Below are positions 35,201 through 47,330 of a stretch of 64,000 nucleotides of DNA, in pieces; within the stretch, counting starts at the first letter, position 1, and the number at the start of each line of letters is the position of its first letter. Below the pieces are notes generated by a model. It had not been told where the DNA came from, did no database searches, and saw only the letters and a program-made list of their open reading frames with translations. Source of the DNA: the human T2T-CHM13v2.0 reference genome, Homo sapiens; NCBI RefSeq assembly GCF_009914755.1, contig NC_060930.1; one strand, written 5' to 3'. Made by a program: the position numbers and the translations under genes.

Positions 35201-36701
35201 AGATGAAAAGAAAATTAGCTGTTGTGTTACAGCCTAAGAAAGAACTTGAGATTCTGTTCTAGCTCATAGTGAGATTTGAGAGAGCCACTCAGTTTTGGTA
35301 CTTAGAAGATAGAATCAATTGTGATGATGATTTCTATTTTTCCTTTGGACAGATTTTGATAATAGAATATCCTAGGTATAGAATTTTAGGACTAGAATAT
35401 ATGTTAGAAATTAAGGATGTGTCTACTAGCCACATATATTTTAGATTTTGTAATGTCAAAGAAATATAAAAGTATATATACATGACTAAAAGACAAGATG
35501 CAACATCCTCTGATAATTACTCTTGAAGCAATCTTGCTTATTATTTTCAGTGGTGTAATGTATATAAAAATGGACCCATTGTAATAAAGCTTTTCCTAAG
35601 ATATTCTTCTAGAAAAATTAACATTTCCTTGGCTTTATTGTAATCTGTAATGTTTTTGAAACATGACTGTTGTATAAGTTCTTAATTAACAAAGTACAAA
35701 ATAAGAATCATTGTAACTATATAATTTCAAAATCAAAAGGAGAAAAGTGCTTTCCTTTTTTTTTTTACCAATTCAGAAAATTATTTACCAATTCAGAAAA
35801 TTTAACAACCATAAGCAAGTAAGTTTCCATTGCCATTTTTAGTCTCTACCTTGTCAAAAGTAATGATTGAACAGTAAACTAATTCAGTCAACTGAGTGTT
35901 TTATCTCCTTGACCTATAATAATGGGTTTGGCTTTTGCCTGTATTTCCTGGAATTGTAAAAAAATCAGCCAGTAATTTTGATATCCTGGAATTATTAGGA
36001 GCTAAAATGTATTATCAGGCACTACAGTTGCAAAGTTTTACACAACTATTCTTTAGACATTTTTGGACCTGTGTGGAATGGTAAAAACAATAGATATATA
36101 ATTCAAAGTAAATTTGAAAACCAGTCTAATAAACTGACATGTCTAAAGATGCTTTAATCTAAAAAGTCAAAAGTAAACAAATAGCCAAAATATAAACATT
36201 AGTACTCCCACAAAACCTGCAAATCCTTCTCAAATCTACCACCTAAATATTTCTCGTTTGTGAGAATTTCTACCTGTAACCTCGTTCATTGGCTCTTGTT
36301 CTACCTACTTATGGAGGACTCTAGCCTCATAAATTCCTGGAACGTCTGAAAGTCCTCACATATATATACACACAAACAAGTCTCATCAATTACTGAGTGG
36401 CCTTACCCTTGCTCTCCTACACTCTCCCTCCCCTGTCCTATTTTCCCACCTCCTTCAGCTGCACTTCCAAGATTTGTCTTCTCTAAGCCAGTCTGGGGAG
36501 ACATCCTCTATTTTGGTTTAATACACTTAGAAAGTTGCCAAAGTACCATTGCCTTGTGTCCCAATTGTTTAATGAGATTTTAGGGCAACTAGCTCTTAAA
36601 TCAGTGGAGACAGGGCTAGGAACCATTCCATATTGTCTGCTTTTCTTGTTATATGCGTCACCACCCCAAATGCAAGCCTCTCCATGCACCAATAAATTCT
36701 T

Positions 36702-37022
36702 CTTTCTTGACTTTTTTAAAAAAATTATTTTTAACTGACATAATAATTGTATATATTTATGCGGTATTTATGTGATGTTTTGATACATGTTTATATTATG
36801 GAATAATTAAATCAAGACAATCAACAAATCCATTAAGTACTTTTTTTGTGATGAAAACATTTAAAGTCTACTCTTTTTAGCAATTTTGAAATACACATTA
36901 TTATTTATGATAGGCACCATTCTGTGCAATAGATCACAAAAGCTCATTCCTCCTGTCTGACTGAAACTTCACACCCTTTGATCAACATCTCCTCCTTCCC
37001 CACCCACCCCTCTCCCCTACAA
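36702..37022 (-). mobile_element. 5'-truncated L1MA 3' end
   Basis: TGACATAATAATTGTATATATTTATG...CATTTAAAGTCTACTCTTTTTAGCAATTTTGAAATACA. Perfect 12-bp TSD CAATAAATTCTT (36690-36701 / 37023-37034). Confidence 0.9.
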
Positions 37023-37079
37023 CAATAAATTCTTGAACAGAGGAATCACATCTTACTTGGACGATGGATTATATAGTTA

Positions 37080-38665
37080 TGAGAGGTGACAGCGTGTGCC
37101 CTTGCTCGCTCTCGGCGCCTCCTCGGCCTTGGCGCCCACTCTGGCCGCGCTTGAGGAGCCCTTCAGCCCACTGCTGCACTGTGGGAGCCCCTTTCTGGGC
37201 TGGCCAAGGCCGGAGCCGGCTCCCTCAGCTTGCGGGGAGGCGTGGAGGGAGAGGCACGGGTGGGAACCAGGGCTGCGCGCAGTGCTTGCGGGCCAGCGCG
37301 AGTTCCGGGTGGGTGTGGACTCGGCGGGACCCGCACTCGGAGCGGCCGGCTGGCCCTGTCCACCCTGGGCAATGAGGAGCTTAGTACCTGGGCAAGCAGC
37401 TGCGGAGGGTGTGCTGGGTCTCCCAGCAGTGCTGGCCCACCGGCGCTGCGCTCGATTTCTCGCGGGCCTTAGCTGCCTTCCCGCGGGGCAGGGCTCGGAC
37501 CTGCAGCCCGCCATGCCTGAGCCTCCCCGGCCCCACCGCTTGGTGGGCTCCTGTGCAGCCGGAGCCTGCCGGACGAGCGCCGCCCCCTGCTTCACGGCGC
37601 CCAGTCCCATCGATCACCCAAGGGCTGAGGAGTGTAGGCGCACGGCGTGGGATGGTCAGGCAGTCCCACCTGCAGCCCCAGTGCGAGATCCACTGGGTGA
37701 AGCCAGCTGGGCTCCTGACTGGTGGGGACTTGGAGAATCTTTATGTCTAGCTAAGGGATTGTAAATACACCAATCGGCACCCTGTGTCTAGCTCAAGGTT
37801 TGTAAACACACCAATCAGCACCCTGTGTCTAGCTCAGGGTTTGTGAATGCACCAATCCACACTCTGTATTTAGCTACTCTGGTGGGGACTTGGAGAACCT
37901 TTGTGTTGACACTCTGTATCTAGCTAATCTAGTGGGGAGGTGGAGAATCTTTGTGTCTAGCTCAGGGATTGTAAACTCACCAATCAGCACCCTGTGTCTA
38001 GCTCAGGGTTTGTGAATGCACCAATCGACACTCTGTATCTAGCTACTCTGGTGGGAACTTGGAGAACCTTTGTGTCCACACTCTGTATCTAGCTAATCTA
38101 GTGGGGACCTGGAGAACCTTTGTGTCTAGCTCAGGGATTGTAAACGCACCAATCAGCACCCTGTCAAAACAGACCACTTGGCTCTCTGTAAAATGAACCA
38201 ATCAACAGGATGTGGGTGGGGCCAGATAAGAGAATAAAAGCAGGCTGCCCCAGCCAGCAGTGGCAACCCACTCGGGTCCCCTTCCACACTCTGGAAGCTT
38301 TGTTCTTTTGTTCTTTGCAATAAATCTTGCTACTGCTCACTCTTTGGGTCCACACTGCCTTTATGAGCTGTAACACCGCGAAGGTCTGCAGCTTCACTCC
38401 TGAAGCCAGCAAGACCACGAACCAACTGGGAGGAACGAACAACTCCAGACGCGCCGCCTTAAGAGCTGTAACACTCACAGCGAAGGTCCGCAGCTTCACT
38501 CCTGAGCCAGCGAGACCACGAACCCACCAGAAGGAAGAAACTCCGAACACATCCGAACATCAGAAGGAACAAACTCCAGACGCGCCACCTTAAGAGCTGT
38601 AACACTCACCGCGAGGGTCCATTCTTGAAGTCAGTGAGACCAAGAACCCACCAATTCCGGACACA
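37080..38665 (+). mobile_element. Complete ERV9 solo LTR (LTR12C-type)
   Basis: TGAGAGGTGACAGCGTG...CCAATTCCGGACACA with 4-bp TSD GTTA (37076-37079 / 38666-38669). GC/CpG-rich 5' U3, tandem CCAAT enhancer repeats and U5 repeats. Confidence 0.97.
37720..38260 (+). promoter_or_regulatory. LTR12 U3 enhancer/promoter: CCAAT repeat array, GATA site and TATA-like box
   Basis: Seven CCAAT boxes (about 37770-38202), GATAAG 38225-38230 and AATAAAA 38233-38239, matching the known ERV9 LTR NF-Y/GATA promoter architecture. Confidence 0.75.
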
Positions 38666-38959
38666 GTTAGTATTTAAGACAAAATTAGAATTATTTTTGG
38701 AAATCCTTTAAATTATCCATAAAGGATAGTGAATATAGTTTTGAGGATATAGCTCTGTTCAGGAGTTCTTTGAGAACCACCAAGGTGGACAAGAGGAAAG
38801 AACAAAGAGAAAGGATATAGGCAGGTGTGTCTGACCTGTCTTCGAGGTAACCACTACATCCTTGGAGGTAAAAAGGGTTGAGGATTCTGGAATGTTCCAG
38901 CTTGACTGCTGATTACATCACTCTGTTTTAATATTAAGCCTTTATAATCTTAACACACA

Positions 38960-39060
38960 TACACTTTGCTTTGTGGTTCTGAGGATTAAATAAGATAATA
39001 TATGCAGATGAGCCTAGCTCAGGCCCTGCCATATAGTAGATGCTCAAAAAGTGTTTGCTG
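38960..39060 (+). mobile_element. MIR 3' fragment
   Basis: GAGGATTAAATAAGATAATATATG...CCTGCCATATAGTAGATGCTCAA. Confidence 0.75.
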
Positions 39061-39344
39061 GATTCAAGGCTAAATCTTGCTTGGTCAGATGAACATGTGT
39101 ACTGTTCTTCGAAAACGGCCACCTGTTTCCTGTTTTTCCAACTTGCTTTTTCTCTTTGAACAGCTGTTAGTTTCACGGCCGTTGAAGTGGAGTCACAGGG
39201 TTAGGAAGATCTAAAGTCAGCCTGTCTGGTAAACGTGCATGTCATGAGGGTCACTAAACTCTCAGCCCAACCGCGCACTTCTTTGTACATGTCTCTTCCG
39301 ACTCAACAGACCTGCGTTATCCTCCCTGTTGCTCCATCCTCTAA

Positions 39345-39753
<409 letters not shown>

Positions 39754-39974
39754 AGAGATTTTTTTTTTTAATTGTATAAATCTGATGTACTTTTTGGTTT
39801 GTTCCATGCTCCATTTTTTTTTTTTCTTTTTCTCTTTTTTTTTCCTACCAAAAAAAGGCAAAACCTTCCATGTTCTTCAAGGCCAGCAGTGGGTGAGTTT
39901 CTTCCTGGCTTCCCAGGGTTGCTTCCAGACCATCGCTCCTTATTAAAACCCTGCTCCTTGTCCTTTCTCCTCAT

Positions 39975-40330
39975 AATATCGGTTAACGTTTATTGAACAC
40001 TTCTAGGAGCTAGACAGTGTACTAATCATTTTGCATAAATTATTTCGCTGAAAACTCACAAAAACCCCATAAGATAGGAACAAACCTTATCATATCATTG
40101 TGAGGTTTAAAGAGGACAAAAAACTTATTCTCATTTGTGTAATGTGAATTCAGAAGTGTCTAACTCATTGGCTTATTGTGAGGTATAAATATATGTAAAG
40201 TACTTAGTAGATACCATCTGAGTGTTTGGTGTTATTTTTGTTGCCGCCAGGGTCTCTGTGAGAAGGTGGTTAAGCTGGGATTCAAACTCTAGCAGTCTGA
40301 CTTTAGAGCACGTATCCTTAGTCATTATGC
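39975..40330. mobile_element. MIR fragments in mixed orientation
   Basis: AACGTTTATTGAACACTT (minus 3' end), TTGTGAGG...TATGTAAAGTACTTAG (plus) and CTGGGATTCAAACTCTAGCAGTCTGACT (minus). Confidence 0.65.
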
Positions 40331-40484
40331 ATGGCCAGGTGATGTTTTACCAACCTCTCTTCATTCAGGGGAGATATCCCTGGCTTACAGCTTTCGAAGC
40401 CAACTCTGCTGTAGTTCTCATAGGCTGTTTCATAATGCCTAGGCTGACTCATTCTCCACCATTGCTCTTATTTCCTTTGCCTTC

Positions 40485-40868
40485 TGATATGGTTTGGATC
40501 TGTGTCCCCACCTAAATCTCATGTTGAATTGTAATCCCAGTGTTGGAGATGGGGCCTGGTGGGATGTGATTGGATCATGGGGGTGGATTTCCTCCTTTGG
40601 TGCTGTTCTTGTGATAGAGTTCTCACGAGATCTATTTGTTTAAAAATGTGTGGTTAATCCCCCTGCCCCCACTCCTGTTCCAGCCATGTAAAACGTGCCT
40701 GATTTCTCTTTGCTTTCTGCCATGATCGTACATTTCCTGAGGCCTCCCCAGAAGCAGATCTTGTCATGCTTCCTGTACGTCCTGTGGAACTGTGAGCCAA
40801 TTGAACTTCTTATTAATTACCCAGTCTCAGGTATTTCTTTATAGCAATGTGAGAATGGACTATTATAC
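40485..40868 (+). mobile_element. MSTA solo LTR
   Basis: TGATATGGTTTGGATCTGTGTCCCCACC...GAGGCCTCCCCAGAAGCAGA...ACCCAGTCTCAGGTATTTCTTTATAGCAATGTGAGAATGGAC. Confidence 0.9.
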
Positions 40869-40959
40869 CTTTTCTGTGACAATGTTCTTCTTTTAGCTTC
40901 TCTACCTTAACTGCCAAAACATCCTGCATCCTGCCTCTGAAATTTCTGACTCAGGTACT

Positions 40960-42642
40960 GTATTCCACTTTCCAGCTGCAGGCTAGTATCATTTCACTGA
41001 GAACTCCACTCCATTAATGCCACCACAGTTTCATTATCTATCAACTATCCCTCACTTCCCTTTTTGTCCAGCTTAGATTTTATGGTAGAAGTCATAATCA
41101 TGTCCCTACAGACACTCTCACCTCCCTTATTCAGTTCTGCGATGAGCACACTCATCTGCCACAACTTTAGCACTGGTTGGACCTATCTACCTTCTTTGTA
41201 TTTAGATCTGAACAAATGTGTATGGCTGGAGAAAAATCAATAAGGAGGCTGCCTGTTTCATTAAATAAATTCATCATCATATTTAGGTGCCTTAAATAGG
41301 TACTCTGCACTGCCTGACAGTGTTTCCCTAATAAACTTAATCATTCTCAAGAGAACTGTTTTATACTTTCTCCCCTCCCCCTTACATCTTACTCACTCTC
41401 ACTGATGACCTCATTTCTTATTTCATTAACAAAATAAAAGTAATGAGATAGGAACTCTTTAAACTTCCCATTGTCAGGCTCTGTATGGCAGACACGCCTG
41501 ATAGCCGTAACTTAAGCATACACTGAGAATGATCCTGTATGGCAGATGCACCTGAATATGTGTTCAGAGTTACAAGTTAAGGAAACTGGGAGTGGCCAAC
41601 TCAGAAATTCATTTCTTATCTATGAAGAACATATGAACCTCCACCTGTCCCATGGAACACGGGCTGTGCAGGGGGTTGAGGCCCTTTGTTATGGGTTAAA
41701 TGAAGGCTGCGAGGTGGAGGTTGCTGGAGGAGGATGCTATGCAAAAATGCTATATAAATTGCATGTTTTTTGCAAGTGGTAGCAGTTCTGTCATCCAACC
41801 CATTGCCACTGGGCCACTCTGTATCTAAGTCCCCTTAGTAAACCCTATGTCTTGTTTGCTCGCTCTGGGTCTCTTCTTGAGCCTCTTGAACCTGATACCA
41901 TCCCTAATGAAGTTAATAGGGATCCAGCTTGACAGGTCCATAAAACCACCCCTGCATTAGTTCCCTCCTTTCCTTGCTTCTTGTTAATGTAGAGGAAGTG
42001 TCCCTCTTCTTGTCAAAGACCAGCCTCTACATGTGTTCTGGATCTGACTCCCTACTGTTTTCGCAAGGACTTTTCTGCATGTCTAACTCTCCCTCTCAGT
42101 GGGGATTCTTCTCTTAGCATTCCGCAGTGTTCCAGGCTGGCCCCTCTTAAAAGCTCTCCTGCAGCTGCATATACTTTTCAATTTCCGGGTAGCTTAGATC
42201 TGAAGTGGACCGCTGTCTGCAGTCTCTGTCTCTGCTTCCTTACCCCACATTCACTTTATCCCCACCTCATCAGCCCTCTCCTATTTGGCATCTACACCAC
42301 TGTTCCACTGAAACTGCCTTTGTGAAGGTCTCCGATGAGCTTGATGCTGTCAAACCAATGGATGCTCTCCAGTCTTTAGTTAACTTGCTCACAGTATGGC
42401 TCCATCTTTTCTTTCAGAATCACATCTCCTTAGAGAGGCCTTACCTAATGACTCAGCCTGAAATATTCTCTCCCTTCCCCCCCTGTGGTGTTATTACATC
42501 ACTCTGCTTCATTTTCTTCATAGCACTTATTATCTGAATTTATCTTGTGCTTATTTGTTCATTTGTTCACTGTATGTCTCATGCCTCCACCTAGAACAGT
42601 GCCTGGCACATCACAGATGCTCAATAAGGATCTCTGGAGTGA
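40960..42642 (+). mobile_element. L2 (fragmented, interrupted by LTR47)
   Basis: CCTCACTTCCC...CCAGCTTAGATT, CCACTGAAACTGCCTTTGTGAAGGTC and the 3' end CCTAGAACAGTGCCTGGCACAT...GCTCAATAA. Confidence 0.78.
41472..41934 (+). mobile_element. LTR47-type (ERVL) solo LTR
   Basis: TGTCAGG...TGTATGGCAGACACGCCTGA...AACTTAAGCATAC...GGGAGTGGCCAAC...TGCTATATAAATTGCATG...TGACA. Confidence 0.8.
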
Positions 42643-43664
42643 CAGACAATGCTTTATTTAGAATCATCTCTCCCCTTCAACAACTCAGCTTTTGTTAACT
42701 GGATGGAGTTTGTCTGCCTGACTCTCTCTAACATCAGGATGAGTTCACTGCTGACAAGCTGCCTTGCCCGTCAATCAAGGAGATTTCCTGGTGGGCCCTC
42801 TCATTTTTGGACATATCTAAGCCCCATGTATGATCGGCCTCATTTTGGATCTGGGCTTTCCCTCCCTTTATTCCTTCTTTTATTCTGACTCACTCACATT
42901 ATTCTGGCCACAGGTTTCTAGTCTTTTATTTTCTTTTTCAATATGAGCCTCAGTTATAAAACCTCCTTCTTTCTAAACACTAACTACAGGCTTCTCTGTT
43001 GATGGTAATGAACAGGCATCTCAGAACCAGTTTGGGAATGTAGCAGTCTTACATTTGCCCCATAGTCTGGAAAACTTCCTTGTTTTAGGGCCAGCTGGCT
43101 AAGCTCCAGATCTTGTCTCCAGTCTTCTGAAATCTTAAGTATCTGGGTCAAAGTTATTTGCAGACTTGACTTTGGTTATTTAGCCACAAAACTATTGTGG
43201 CCATCCTGCGCAGCATACTGACAGTGAAAATTAGGCGTGTTCCAATGATAAGTCCAACCTGTATGTTTTTCTAGGGTGTGTTTGACCAGCATGACAGGGA
43301 AAACCAGCAAAAGTACCAGAAAGAATATCCAATTAATAAATATCACCAACTGCCAGCCAGACAATGTTATTTTCCATTCTTCTATTGTTAAACAAACATG
43401 AAAACAAAACCCACAAAGTTATCATTGAGAAATTTTTAATGATAACTTCACTGTATGTTTTCTTTGAATTTGTTTCTTTTAACCATGATTTAATGTTAAC
43501 ACAAATATTCCTATATGCACAGAAGCGTAAACATTTTCTTGAGACCTGGACTCAGCATGGGTATATGCTAGAAATCTAATACTAAAAAAATGCCCAGAGC
43601 ATGACCCAGTGCCATTGGTTGTTCAACTTCAGCCCTTATTCTGACTATGTCCAATAGCTGTATC

Positions 43665-43777
43665 TAGGGTGGTCATTTAATTTATCATCCAAACTGGGAT
43701 ACTATTAATAATTATGCTGGAATAGTATGAGTAGACATGGGCTGTTCTGAGAAAATGGAAACGTATGGTCATTCTTA
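43665..43777. mobile_element. MER94 (hAT-Blackjack MITE)
   Basis: TAGGGTGGTCATTTAATTTATCATCCAAACTGGGA...CTATTAATAATTATGC...ACGTATGGTCA. Confidence 0.78.
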
Positions 43778-43996
43778 CCCTAACTTTGTATAATAAGTGT
43801 GGAACTCTCCAGCCTTCCCCAAGCAAACAAAGGCTCTGGCCTTTGCAGCTGTAACTCAGTACTGCCCTTGGTCCACAGGCTTGAAGGTGTACAGAGGCAC
43901 AATTAGTCACTAACTAGAGCCTTCTTTAATTGCTATAAGTGCATTTTAGTTATCTTTTCACAAATTCATGATAACAGGGACCATATTAAGATTTAC

Positions 43997-44293
<297 letters not shown>

Positions 44294-44551
44294 GGTTTCC
44301 CACCCCACTTCCCACAAAATAAAGTAGGCCCTCAAAAATTCACTTTTAGAAAGAAGGAACTGAGAGGGAGGCTTGACGGAACAAGCTTCCATTTTCCTAA
44401 CACAATGACTGTCTAATTCAACCCATAGGCTGTTATGGTAAGTTTGTGTGTGTTTGTGTGTTGGGCATGGTGGAGCGGGTGGGAAAACAGAGTAGAAAAG
44501 TACTGGGATTGGAATTAGAGCTAAATTTGCTTCTCTGCCCAAACTGTGAGG

Positions 44552-44575
44552 TACATATATACATATATATGTGTG

Positions 44576-44609
<34 letters not shown>

Positions 44610-44622
44610 TGTACACACACAC
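44552..44622. repeat. (TA)n-(TG)n-(CA)n compound microsatellite
   Basis: About 14 consecutive TG units flanked by TA and CA runs. Confidence 0.95.
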
Positions 44623-44894
44623 TTAATGGAAGAAACATATGAACCAATGAGTTTCTTAGAGAAAGTTTCTTAAATGACTGCCAAAAGCAAACAAATAATC
44701 AATTGGAAAATGCTTATATTCCAATAAATTTTTTAAAAAGTTCATGGTACCAGATTACTCTTCTTCTCTCCTTTGGGGTCATCAACTCCCACCTCCCTCT
44801 TGTTGGCAGCCTTGAGCTAAAGGCTAAACTATATTTGAGCATTTCCAGTGGTAGTAAAATTGTTATCTGCCTTTGAACAGCTGTCTTTTTGTTG

Positions 44895-45052
44895 TTTTAT
44901 TTCATTTTAAAATAAAAATAAATATGCACATAAAAATTGTGCATATTTATGGGGTTCAGTGTGACGTTTCAATACATGTATACATTGTATAATCATCAAA
45001 TCAAAGTATTTAGTGTACCCTCAAACATGGATCATTTCTTTGTGGTAAGAAA
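44895..45052 (-). mobile_element. L1MA 3' terminal fragment
   Basis: ATATTTATGGGGTTCAGTGTGACGTTTCAATACATGTATACATTGTATAATCATCAAATCA. Confidence 0.8.
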
Positions 45053-45097
45053 GCTCTGACTCTATGTCTTTCTTTAATTGAACTGAAATCTGTCATC

Positions 45098-45209
45098 CCA
45101 GGTGACCAACTGTTCTGGTTTGTCTGGAGCTGTCCTGTTTTAACACTGAAAATTCTGCATCCCAGGGCATCCGTCAGTCCTGGGCAAACCAGGACAGTTG
45201 GTCACTCTG
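45098..45209. mobile_element. MER81 (hAT-Blackjack MITE)
   Basis: GGTGACCAACTG...TTTTAACACTGAAA...TCAGTCCTGGGCAAACCAGGACAGTTGGTCAC, with terminal inverted repeats. Confidence 0.85.
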
Positions 45210-46389
45210 CCTCTAATTGCCATCTGTTGGCCTTATTCTCCATCTTGGGCTATGCGAAGAATGCTATTTTTTCTTCCAAACAACATCCATTTTGACACAT
45301 TTAAGGCACATTCCTCTAGCTCCAATCATTCTTACCTGACACAGCTTTAGATTGTTTACTTTCCACTATATATGCTCAGAGTGCACTATCCCCTGTTCCA
45401 GGAGGAGCTTTCTGTTCCAATCCACGTTTCCATAGAGAAGGGGAATTTCTCTTCCCTCTCCCTGGGGAGGGTGGGTGTGAACACTGGTTTCATCCTCCAC
45501 ATTCTCTTTCATCCCTCTGAGAGGAAGAGTTACAGTAAACCTGGTTTTTGAGAATCCCACATCCTTTGGGCCAAGGGTCTCACAGTGGCCAGGATTCCTC
45601 GACCTCAGAGGTGACAAACAGGCTCTGTACTGCCTCTTCCACTGCCTGCCTTGGCCTCATGGATTCACAGAAAGAACCTGGCTCTCCTCCTTCCTCTTTT
45701 CTGCCTCTAAGCAGTGAACACATTCAATGTAGAGAGGCAGCCTAGAAGGAAGTTTCATGTTTTTGCTGTAATTTCCAATTTCCCTACTTCCTGGGTGAAT
45801 GCTTAGGTCAGCTATGCCCTGTAAGCTTGGTTGTTTTTCGTTTAGAGTGGGTGGGAAGGAGGAGGCCCCCCACTTTCTCCTGTTTTTCTAGAGCGCCCAG
45901 CACATTGAAAGGTACACTTGTCATAACAAGTCTAATTCTTTGATTCCTCTTTTGGTTTAATTTCCCACACTTTTTTCTTCCTTGCTTGCAGTAGTGATGG
46001 AAAGGAGAAGTGAATCTCTGAACTTTAAAGTTCATTAACCTGGCCTGTAAGATGTGGAGTAGCACTGAGTACAACACTGAGTGCCACACTCAACTTTATT
46101 TGCTCCAGTTCTAGCACTTCTTTAATCCAGCCTGTGACCAAATCAGTTTCGTACTGACTTTATTGTAGATTCAGTTTTCTTACTGATAACTGACATCCCT
46201 GATAAGGCACACATTTCTCCCCACATGTGTGCATTGATTGCTTGTATCAAAGTCCAAAGATTTGATAATCTCTGTTTCTGCTATTCCCTTCTCAGCTCAC
46301 GGCTATGAGGCTCCTGGTCCCCAACACTTCAGAGCAAATGCTACCACTAAGCTTACTGATGACTTTCACTAAATGATGATCTTCATCTG

Positions 46390-47330
46390 TGACTCCTCCG
46401 CCTTATCTCTATTCACTTACTCTTCTGTGCCTCCTTCAAACCAATGGCTTTATCTATCACCTATGTATTGATGATTCTCAAACCTATACTCATGTTCCTG
46501 ACCTCTCTTCTAGGCTTCATATTCACATAATCCACTTGTTTGCAAGAGAGCTCTATCCAGATATCATACTTGCACCTTAAATTCAACATGTTCCAAATCA
46601 AATTCATTATCTTGGTATAAGATTTTGATTTTACTCCAGTATTACCTATATTGGAGACTGCAACCACTATTCACATAGTCTTTTAAGTCAGAAATCTGAT
46701 TACTCTTTATAGTTCTCCTCTCTTTTTCTTTCTCCATCTTTAATAGGTCCTGTTAACCCCACTTCCTAAATATCTTTTACAACCTTCTCTTGCTCTTTGT
46801 TCTCATTGTCGCTACTTTTCTGTGCCCTTTCCTTTTGGCATTGCTTCAGCAGCTTCTGAATTGTTCTGTCCGCCTCCAGTCCTGGCTGGCCCCATTGTCC
46901 ACACTGTTGCCAGAGGACCCTTTCTAAATGGCAAATCATACCACGTCATGCCCTACTTTCTAAATCCTCCGTAACCGCTCATATTCTTCAGAATATGGAT
47001 CAGATGTTTGGTTTAATATGGAATGTGTTTCATGGCTTGTTCCCTGACTATGCTTTAGCCACATGTCCTGCCACGTCCCTGCCTCTTGCACCATCCTTCC
47101 TCCCATTCTCAACAACCTGAGAGTTCAAGAGTGTGTTACGCTGCTCTATGCCCCAGTGCCATTTCCACACACACTGCTTCCTCTACCTGGAGTGCCACTT
47201 GTCTCTCTCCCCCAGCAAACTCCAGCCCACCTACCCTTCAGGCTTATGTGAGGACTCACCCTCTGCAGATGTTCCCCCGACCCCATTATCTCCTCACCAG
47301 CAACCAGTCTCATTTTTGATGCTCCTATTG
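46390..47330 (+). mobile_element. L2 fragment(s)
   Basis: ATGGCTTTATCTATCACCTATGTATTGATGATTCTCAAACCTATA, GCACCTTAAATTCAACATGTTCCAAA and CCACACTGTTGCCAGAG. Confidence 0.72.

Noticed and set aside
35560-35700. AATAAA on both strands in AT-rich sequence resembling a 3'UTR end
   Set aside because: The hexamer is expected by chance at this AT content, and no upstream coding exon was found.
35764-35802. 20-bp tandem duplication TTTACCAATTCAGAAAATT(A/T); a similar 11-bp duplication lies at 52597-52618
   Set aside because: Ordinary slippage microduplications with no sign of function.
37064-37764. Overlapping long ORFs (up to 222 aa) on both strands
   Set aside because: They lie entirely within the GC-rich U3 of LTR12. 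Stop-codon scarcity explains them, and there is no recognisable domain.
37720-38630. Regularly repeated units that superficially resemble a CRISPR or repeat-spacer array
   Set aside because: These are the known tandem U3 enhancer and U5 repeats of ERV9/LTR12. There are no unique spacers or cas genes, and the context is eukaryotic.
43275-43400. Acceptor-like TTTTTCTAG followed by a short open frame (GVFDQHDRENQQKYQKEY...)
   Set aside because: No recognisable protein similarity and no supporting neighbouring exons.
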